Shown here one piece after another: positions 6,755 through 13,511 of a DNA stretch of 23,608 bases. Under the pieces are notes generated by a model. The model did no database searches, had not been told where the DNA came from, and saw only the letters and a list, made by a program, of their open reading frames with translations. The stretch comes from Candidatus Micrarchaeota archaeon. GTDB lineage: Archaea; Micrarchaeota; Micrarchaeia; Anstonellales; Bilamarchaeaceae. The stretch covers positions 1-23,608 of the forward strand of contig JAQBFN010000009.1 in assembly GCA_032123335.1 (NCBI GenBank), written 5' to 3'. The first letter of the stretch is position 1. Every line of letters begins with the position of its first letter. Position numbers and translations under genes: made by a program.

Positions 6755-7459
6755 GTGCTCCCATTGCTTGAAAAGATAATTGCTGTTAAGAAGCCGGTTT
6801 CCGGCCTTCCAAAGTCCCTTCTTGCCCAATATGAGGCGATAGGAACAGCCTCCACTTTCCGCGTGGAGCCAATAGAAAAAGGCCTCCTCTTTATAGGGAA
6901 AACCGCAAAAGTAGCGCTTAAAGTTGAATTCGGCAACAGGTGGGAATTCTTCAACACAATTACTGCATTGCGCGAAACAGATGCGGACATAAAAGTGCTG
7001 GTTACAAGCTCCAACTCCAAGGCAATGAGCCTGGAAACCGTTTACACCGTGCTCAAGAAAAAACTGGAAGAGAAAAAGCGCTGGGTGCTCATAGACCTTG
7101 AAGGAAAGAAGGAAACAATGCTCCTGAATTTCAGCCATTCCGACATGGGTGCAAGGAATACTGCCCGCCCTCCGGAAGCAAGGAAAAGAGGAGCGGCGAA
7201 AGCCCCTGGCCCGGCTCACAGGCCCCAAGAGCAGCAGGCGCCCGCCACCCAGCCCCAAAAGCCAGAGGAAACCCCTGCGCAAGCGCAGAAAAAAGGCCCT
7301 CTTTCTTTCCTTAAGGGACTCCCGTTTATCGGCTCCCGCGCAAAAGGCGGGGAGGAGCCGGTGAAGATGAAGAAAACCAAGAACTACGGAATGCAGCCGG
7401 TGAATGCAAAGCCAAGAAGAAAGAAGATTTACGGGAAGAGGAGAAAAAAGCAGGATTAG
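6755..7459 (+). CDS. Hypothetical protein with a Pro/Gln-rich linker and basic C-terminus
   Basis: Long ORF that fills the gap between oppositely oriented genes. A TTTATAA box lies about 25 nt upstream. Confidence 0.7.
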   Translation: MLPLLEKIIAVKKPVSGLPKSLLAQYEAIGTASTFRVEPIEKGLLFIGKTAKVALKVEFGNRWEFFNTITALRETDADIKVLVTSSNSKAMSLETVYTVLKKKLEEKKRWVLIDLEGKKETMLLNFSHSDMGARNTARPPEARKRGAAKAPGPAHRPQEQQAPATQPQKPEETPAQAQKKGPLSFLKGLPFIGSRAKGGEEPVKMKKTKNYGMQPVNAKPRRKKIYGKRRKKQD

Positions 7460-7461
7460 CT

Positions 7462-7884
7462 TCATTTGATTTTTTCCTTAATCCTTTCAAGGAACTCTTC
7501 TGCTGTTTCTATTGCGAATTTTGCTTCATATTCTGAAACAACATTTGCTTTTTCATACACCACAGTGTGCCGTTTCACCCGCATCCTGTTGAACAATTTT
7601 ACTTTCTCCCCGTATTTTTCCCCTAGCTTCACATCTGCATAATCCACCATGGTTTTATGCCGTTCTTCCCCAACCGCCACGTAGCCATCTGCAAACATAA
7701 GTGCCCGCACTCCTTGCAACATGGAGTTATATGCAATGCTGAATGCCCAGTCAAAATCCTCCTTGAGCATTGCCTTTGCTGCCCTTATGTCCCTTTTGGA
7801 AGCCTTCAAGCATTCCTTGGCCTGGGCAGGGTCAGGCTCCCCTTTTCGCACTACGCCCCTTTTCAATAACTCGCTTAAATTCAT
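7462..7884 (-). CDS. HEPN-domain protein (R-x4-Y type)
   Basis: Helical protein with DWAFSIAYNSM, RALM...GY, H.T and R.KRHTVVY motifs. It lies downstream of an MNT gene. Confidence 0.85.
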   Translation of the reverse strand: MNLSELLKRGVVRKGEPDPAQAKECLKASKRDIRAAKAMLKEDFDWAFSIAYNSMLQGVRALMFADGYVAVGEERHKTMVDYADVKLGEKYGEKVKLFNRMRVKRHTVVYEKANVVSEYEAKFAIETAEEFLERIKEKIK

Positions 7885-8434
7885 TTTCTTCCCCACAGAG
7901 CATTACCTTCTTCTCTGAGAGGACCCGCCTTAAAAACCCGCTGAGGGTAGCTTTCCGGTGAAACTCCTTCCGCGGATAAACTGAGTAGTTTATCTCCCTG
8001 AAAACCTTCGCCTCCACATTCATAATTCTTGAATTAAGCTCCCCCATATCCGGCTCGCCCACAACCATCAAATCCACATCGCTCTTTGCCCCATATTCTC
8101 CGCGCGCAAAGCTCCCATAAACAAATGCATATTCAATTCCTGGGATTTTTTCCAGCGCCTTTTCCAGCTGCGCAAACACTCCCTCTGTTTTTGAGTAAAG
8201 CCCTTTCAATTCCTGCAGGAAAGGGCAGGATTCTTCCAGATAAAACAAGCTGAGGTTCCCTTTTTTTTCTGCCCTGAGCATCCCTGCGGAAACCAGGATG
8301 TCCAGTTCCCGCTTTGCTTCCGAAGATGAGGCCCCTGCTCTCCTTGCAATCTCCCGCAGGTGCAGACCATCTGAGAATAGCACAACCCCGAGCACCTTTA
8401 CTTCTGCATTTGAGCGCAGCAACTTTTCAAGCAT
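7832..8434 (-). CDS. wHTH + minimal nucleotidyltransferase (MNT) protein
   Basis: N-terminal HLREIARR..S..EAKREL..L...G HTH and the MNT motif YGSFARGE....SDVDL. Confidence 0.9.
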   Translation of the reverse strand: MLEKLLRSNAEVKVLGVVLFSDGLHLREIARRAGASSSEAKRELDILVSAGMLRAEKKGNLSLFYLEESCPFLQELKGLYSKTEGVFAQLEKALEKIPGIEYAFVYGSFARGEYGAKSDVDLMVVGEPDMGELNSRIMNVEAKVFREINYSVYPRKEFHRKATLSGFLRRVLSEKKVMLCGEENEFKRVIEKGRSAKRGA

Positions 8435-8473
8435 GTTCTCTTTAGTATAACAATTGTTCTTTTAAATATAACG
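8434..8473. promoter_or_regulatory. Tandem imperfect palindromes (putative autoregulatory operators) at the MNT1 start
   Basis: TGTTCTCTTTAGTATAACA (8434-8452) and TGTTCTTTTAAATATAACG (8455-8473), 21-bp period. Confidence 0.6.
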
Positions 8474-8542
8474 ATTAGGTTGAACAATCAAATGAGGGAA
8501 TAACCTTTTAATAAAAACCAGTCCCAATTACCTTGTGGTATT

Positions 8543-9856
8543 ATGGCAGTTTCACCGCTCGATTCCCGCTACAAAACGGAAATGACCCCGGTTTTTGATG
8601 AGGAGAACAAGCTCCGCAAATGGATGGAAGTAGAGGTTGCGCTTGCAAAAGCACATGCAGAGCTCGGCCACATCCCCAAGGAAGCCCCTCCCGCAATAGA
8701 AGCAGGCATGGACAAGGTAACCGTTGCCCGTGTTCATGAAATCGAAGCTGAAATCCACCACGACCTGATGGCAATGGTCCGCGCCCTAGCTGAGCAGAGC
8801 GGGGAATACGGAGGATACATCCACATTGGTGCAACCTCATATGATATTGAGGATACTGCAACCGCACTCATCTTTATTGAAGGAATCGAAGTGCTTGAAA
8901 AGCATCTCGGGGAATTGAACGCGGTGCTCAAAAAGCTTGCAAAGGAGCACAAGAAAACCGTATGCATCGGGCGCACCCATGGACAGCACGCCAACCCGAC
9001 CACCTACGGAATGAAATTCGCAATCTACTACCAGGAAATGAAACGGAACCTTGAGCGCCTGAAGCGCGCAAAGGAAACAATCTCCGTTGGAAAAATGAGC
9101 GGCGCAACCGGCACAATGGCTGCATTCGGGGAAGAAGGCCCAAAAATGCAGGAACTTGTAATGAAGGAGATTGGGATTAAGCCCGCAACCATTTCCAACC
9201 AGGTTATCCAGCGCGACAGGCACGCGGAAGTGATGTGCACTCTTGCAATGGTTTCCGGAACGCTTGAGAAAATGGCCAAGGAAATCCGCAACCTCTCCAG
9301 GCCCGAAATGGGCGAAATCTCCGAACCCTTTGGAAAGAAGCAGGTCGGCTCCTCCACCATGCCGCACAAAAGGAACCCGCACAAATCCGAAAGAATCTGC
9401 TCACTTGCTCGCATAGTTCGCGCAAACGTCCAGACCGCATTGGAAAATATGCCACTGGAGCATGAGCGCGACCTCACGAATTCCGCAAACGAGAGGTTCA
9501 TTTTCCCTGAAAGCTTCATAGTTACCGATTACATGGCAAAGCAGATGACTTCCTTGCTTGAAGGGCTCGTTTTCTACCCGGAAAACATCCAGCGCAACCT
9601 GGAACTCACAAAAGGCCTCGTAATGGCTGAAAGAGTAATGATTGCCCTGGTTGCAAAGGGCATGGGCAGGCAGGAAGCCCACGAATTAATCCGCGACCTT
9701 GCCCAGAAAGCCTTCAAGGAGAAGAAAGGCCTGAAGGAAATGCTCAGGGAAAGCGAGGCAGGGAAGAAATTCTCAGAAAAAGAACTGGAGGAGCTATTTG
9801 ACCCGGCCACATACCTGGGAAAGGCGGATGAAATAGTGGATTCTGCTCTCGATTGA
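8543..9856 (+). CDS. purB: Adenylosuccinate lyase
   Basis: SPLDSRY, H.GATS.DI.DT, GRTHGQHA.PTT.G and the signature GSSTMPHKRNP..SE. Confidence 0.97.
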   Translation: MAVSPLDSRYKTEMTPVFDEENKLRKWMEVEVALAKAHAELGHIPKEAPPAIEAGMDKVTVARVHEIEAEIHHDLMAMVRALAEQSGEYGGYIHIGATSYDIEDTATALIFIEGIEVLEKHLGELNAVLKKLAKEHKKTVCIGRTHGQHANPTTYGMKFAIYYQEMKRNLERLKRAKETISVGKMSGATGTMAAFGEEGPKMQELVMKEIGIKPATISNQVIQRDRHAEVMCTLAMVSGTLEKMAKEIRNLSRPEMGEISEPFGKKQVGSSTMPHKRNPHKSERICSLARIVRANVQTALENMPLEHERDLTNSANERFIFPESFIVTDYMAKQMTSLLEGLVFYPENIQRNLELTKGLVMAERVMIALVAKGMGRQEAHELIRDLAQKAFKEKKGLKEMLRESEAGKKFSEKELEELFDPATYLGKADEIVDSALD

Positions 9857-9880
9857 ATCCCCCCTTCTCTATTCAATATA

Positions 9881-9888
9881 TTTATAAA
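9881..9888 (+). promoter_or_regulatory. TATA box of the five-gene membrane ATPase operon
   Basis: TTTATAAA about 33 nt upstream of ATG 9922, with a GGTG RBS-like word at about 9911. Confidence 0.55.
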
Positions 9889-9921
9889 CCTTAAACGAAA
9901 TACCCAACGTGGTGTGGTTTA

Positions 9922-10737
9922 ATGGCACAACTTACTGCCAAGCAAATGATGTACGGTTCTATTGCTCTCGCATTCGTGGGCGCAATCATGGCTATAAGCT
10001 CAAGCGCCAGCGGATGGCTCGGGCTTATTGGAGGAATTTTCGCAGGTTTGGGCGGAATGGGAGGAGTCGTTTTCTTCAAATATGGGTATCTTGCAGTCCC
10101 TCTCATCACGACCCGCCAGAAAATAGTGATGATTACTGATACAGGCTATGAAATTCCCCCGTCCCAGGACGTAATCATAAAGAAAGTGGGAAATGAATAT
10201 TATGCATCCGCATTCCTTGCAATCAAGATTTATGAATCTGCAACCGAAAGGAGCAATGAGCAGAACGTAGCCTACAACCAATACTTCGAGAGAGCAATCT
10301 CGAATATGCGCTACGCAGTAAAAATCTGCTATCTCCTTTACGCGGAAGATGTTGCGGAAAAGAGACGGATGATTGAAACAAGGAAAGCAGAATCCCAGCT
10401 CAGGCTTGCAAGGGAAAGGGACAAGGGAGAGCCCGATGTCCTCAAAATGGATAAATTCGAGAGGGAAATCGCAATGTGGGAAACCCAGCTCCAGCGCCTC
10501 ATTAAGGGCGTAAGGCCCATGGGTGTGCTTGCATACGCAATGACTTCTGCTGCTGGAATCTCAAAGGAAGCTGCGGTGGCAACCCTGCGCGCCCAGGTAA
10601 GGGAGCTCAAGGTGACCCTCCAGAACGCACTCAATGTGCAGGTGGAGCAGCTTACGGCGGATGAAATGAAGAAATGCTTTGAATGGGAATTCGCATTCCC
10701 GTCTGGCCCTAAGGATATAGAGGAAAGCATAATCTGA
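9922..10737 (+). CDS. Membrane protein: two N-terminal TM helices plus a cytoplasmic domain resembling the VirB4/TraC N-terminal domain
   Basis: Hydrophobic Gly-rich hairpin at about aa 10-52 and a central coiled hairpin. The C-terminal 'KEAAVATL..QVREL...L.NAL.VQVEQL...EM...F' pattern resembles VirB4-associated NTDs. The domain call is inference. Confidence 0.7.
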   Translation: MAQLTAKQMMYGSIALAFVGAIMAISSSASGWLGLIGGIFAGLGGMGGVVFFKYGYLAVPLITTRQKIVMITDTGYEIPPSQDVIIKKVGNEYYASAFLAIKIYESATERSNEQNVAYNQYFERAISNMRYAVKICYLLYAEDVAEKRRMIETRKAESQLRLARERDKGEPDVLKMDKFEREIAMWETQLQRLIKGVRPMGVLAYAMTSAAGISKEAAVATLRAQVRELKVTLQNALNVQVEQLTADEMKKCFEWEFAFPSGPKDIEESII

Positions 10738-10746
10738 GGAGATATT

Positions 10747-12324
10747 GTGGGAAGGCTCTACATAAGCAAACTGCCTAACAAGGACATAGCGAGCAGGAAC
10801 ATTCTTGTCCACCCGCCAGAGCCCCCCATGGAGGTCCTGTGCCAGGATCCCACCAATTCCATCTATGTGGGAAGGACCAAGATGCTCAATGTCCCATTTT
10901 ACTGGACATACCAGAACGTAACCAACCCTCACATTGCGATTGTAGGGATTACGGGCTCAGGAAAATCATACTTCATCAAGACCTTCCTTTCAAGGGCCTC
11001 ATTTGTATGGGACTCCAATGCCCTTATCATAGACTGGGCAGGGGAATACAAGCAATGGGTAAAGATGACAGGCGGCAAGGTGATTGCCCTCGGAAAGGGA
11101 TCATACCTGAACCTCCTGGACCTTGGAGGAATGAAGCCATACAACCGCATAAAGCAGGTCATGCGTACAATCGGAATCCTTACGGATATTGACCAGTATC
11201 CTGAACAGAAAAGGCTTACAGAGCAGGCAATCGAAAAGGGATACAGGGACAACAAGTTCAAAATGGATGCCACGGAGCACAGGGATGAGCTGGGAAGGCC
11301 GCTCCAGGCCCCAACCCTCAAGGATATCGTAAAAATCCTGGAGGAAAAATCTTCCATGGGAACATATGAGTTCCCCGCGGAGCTGGAAAACGCAATCTAC
11401 AGGCTTAAGCAGTTCACAAAGCCAGGGGAAGATTTCTTTGCGCAGCAGAGCACCGTAAGCCTGGATGAGCTTACCGAATCCGGCCTCGTTGCGCTGGACC
11501 TTTCCGGGCTCCCGGACGAGAGGTTCAGGGCGCTCGGGGCGCTCGCGATGCTCCAGTTTATCAAGGAGAGGATGCGTGCAGCAGGCTGGGCAAAGGCAAA
11601 AGGCCTCAAGCTAATTGTGGTCCTGGACGAGGCCTGGAAAATCGGAAAAGATGAGAACTCTGACGCGGTGATGATTGTGCGTGAGGGAAGAAAGTATAAC
11701 TTCGGGCTAATCGTAGCTTCCCAGAACCCCACGGACATTGCGGAAGCAGTATTTTCAAACGTAGGAACAACGTTCATACTCAAGGTAAAGTTCGAGAAGT
11801 TCCTGGACTATCTCCAGGGCTCACTGAACTTCAGCGAATTCATGCGGGACGAAATCTCGAAATTCGGAGTAGGCTCATGTGCAGTGAACATGTCGTTCTC
11901 AAGCGCAGCGTCCTACCCCTCAACATTCCTTCTAGATAAAATCGAGGGAGAAGAACCATTGAGGGAATTCTTCCTGGACCTTGCAAAGGTCCTTACAAAA
12001 GAACAGAAAGAGGCGGTTGATGTGGCAAGAAGCGTATCGTTCAAAAAAGACAATCTAAGGAGAAGGCTCCGCGAGTTCGGTCTTGGGGATGCCAGGATAG
12101 AGGAGATAGTGAGGCTTTTCGACCAGAAGAGCAGGCACATGGACATAGCATCATTCATTATCCTGCTGGAAAGGTTTGGGGTTGAAAGGCCCAACATAAC
12201 TATGTTCCTCAAGGAAATCGGAATCGAGGACACAACAATAATCAACATTTTCACGCTCGCTGACAAGCGGAAAGCAGATATCCTGGATAAAGACATAACC
12301 CAGGTTATACTTGAGGAGGGATAA
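10747..12324 (+). CDS. VirB4/HerA/FtsK-superfamily P-loop ATPase
   Basis: NPHIAIVGITGSGKS (Walker A), LIIDW.GEY, LIVVLDEAW (Walker B) and REGRKY.FGLIVASQ. It has a C-terminal helical extension of about 110 aa. GTG start with a GAGGAG RBS. Confidence 0.92.
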   Translation: MGRLYISKLPNKDIASRNILVHPPEPPMEVLCQDPTNSIYVGRTKMLNVPFYWTYQNVTNPHIAIVGITGSGKSYFIKTFLSRASFVWDSNALIIDWAGEYKQWVKMTGGKVIALGKGSYLNLLDLGGMKPYNRIKQVMRTIGILTDIDQYPEQKRLTEQAIEKGYRDNKFKMDATEHRDELGRPLQAPTLKDIVKILEEKSSMGTYEFPAELENAIYRLKQFTKPGEDFFAQQSTVSLDELTESGLVALDLSGLPDERFRALGALAMLQFIKERMRAAGWAKAKGLKLIVVLDEAWKIGKDENSDAVMIVREGRKYNFGLIVASQNPTDIAEAVFSNVGTTFILKVKFEKFLDYLQGSLNFSEFMRDEISKFGVGSCAVNMSFSSAASYPSTFLLDKIEGEEPLREFFLDLAKVLTKEQKEAVDVARSVSFKKDNLRRRLREFGLGDARIEEIVRLFDQKSRHMDIASFIILLERFGVERPNITMFLKEIGIEDTTIINIFTLADKRKADILDKDITQVILEEG

Positions 12325-12325
12325 C

Positions 12326-12778
12326 ATGGCAAGACTGTGCATCGTTTCAAGGGAAGAAGTCCCCAAAGGGGAAGGAACTCCCATCAGGGAGGACGCTATC
12401 ATCCGCAGCATCCGCAAGGTAAAGGCAAGGCTGGGAATCCTCCAGAACAATGAGCTGGTTGTTTCGGATGAGAAGCTGGAAGAATACAAGAAGAAGCGCT
12501 CAAAATTCGAAAAGATGGCAGTTATACATACGACAATCGCAGCGGTTTTCGTAATCCTGCTGGTAATCGGCCCGCTCCTCATGGGAGCAGCCTTTAACAT
12601 AGTGAGCATATTCTTTGCGCTGGTGCTTGGAGTAATGATCGTGGCACTCGCTTTGCTGGGATACGTCCCGGCCCTTGAAACGGATGATGAAACGATGCCG
12701 AGGACCGCAGATGAGGTTGTGGAGAAGCTTGCTCCAAAGAGGTCTGCAAAAAAGCCAAAGAGGAAAACGAGGAAGTGA
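12326..12778 (+). CDS. Small two-TM membrane protein
   Basis: ATG 12326 follows a GAGGAGG RBS. Two hydrophobic segments and a basic tail. Confidence 0.8.
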   Translation: MARLCIVSREEVPKGEGTPIREDAIIRSIRKVKARLGILQNNELVVSDEKLEEYKKKRSKFEKMAVIHTTIAAVFVILLVIGPLLMGAAFNIVSIFFALVLGVMIVALALLGYVPALETDDETMPRTADEVVEKLAPKRSAKKPKRKTRK

Positions 12779-12782
12779 TTGA

Positions 12783-13511
12783 ATGGTTGAAGAAAGGATG
12801 CCCTCCCCGAAGGTTGACGGGTTCAGGATGAAGGTAAAACTCCAGGGAAAATTCTCCGACGTTTCAAGCGCGCTTAACAGCATCTCATTCCTTAAAATCG
12901 CCCAGGAAAAAGAGGGCGTGAATGTTGCATATGTGGAAAGCAGGAGCATAGACAAAACACCCTACCTCTTTTCCATGATGAAGTTCAAGAAAACTGAAAT
13001 TGAGGTTGTGTACACAGTCCCGAACAACGTTTCCCCCACAAAAAGGAAGCTGGACGTGATGCGCTACCTGCTCAACATGATAACGCTTGTGGAGCCATAT
13101 TACGAAATAGACAACAAGGTTGTTTACCAGCTCATAGAGGAAACAATGAGGCAGCTTGAGGAATACACCACAGGAGACTACAAGACCCTCTACAAAAAAT
13201 ACGACCAGCTCCAAAGGGAGGTCGAGAATCTCAGGAGGTCAAGCCTTATCTACAAGGGGCAGGTGAAGAGCCTATCAAAGGAAAACTATGAGCTCAAGAA
13301 CGAGAGCGATGAGCTCAAGGTAAGATTCGAGAAGCTCCATGGTGGAATATCTGACAGCGTCCTGAGCTCCAGGGTCCAGGAGTGGGTAATGGAACACAAT
13401 GGGAGCATCAACATAGTGGAATTCGCAAGGCACAACAAGGTGCCCGAAGCGAGGGTTGAGGATGTGCTCAATGACCTCGTGAGGCAGGGCTACCTGGAAC
13501 AGGTTCAGTGA
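12783..13511 (+). CDS. Coiled-coil protein with a C-terminal winged helix
   Basis: Heptad coiled coil at about aa 135-185. C-terminus is VQEWVMEHNGSINIVEFARHNKVPEARVEDVLNDLVRQGYL. Confidence 0.8.
   Translation: MVEERMPSPKVDGFRMKVKLQGKFSDVSSALNSISFLKIAQEKEGVNVAYVESRSIDKTPYLFSMMKFKKTEIEVVYTVPNNVSPTKRKLDVMRYLLNMITLVEPYYEIDNKVVYQLIEETMRQLEEYTTGDYKTLYKKYDQLQREVENLRRSSLIYKGQVKSLSKENYELKNESDELKVRFEKLHGGISDSVLSSRVQEWVMEHNGSINIVEFARHNKVPEARVEDVLNDLVRQGYLEQVQ

Noticed and set aside
8434..8452. TnpB guide targeting the MNT1 operator (shared TATACTAAA)
   Set aside because: Only 9 AT-rich nucleotides match, and they are outside the guide's 5' seed. This is compatible with chance.
10747..12324. HerA of the HerA-NurA repair system or of a defence system
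   Set aside because: There is no N-terminal HAS barrel and no nurA/mre11/rad50/SIR2 neighbour. Three of its four operon partners are membrane proteins.
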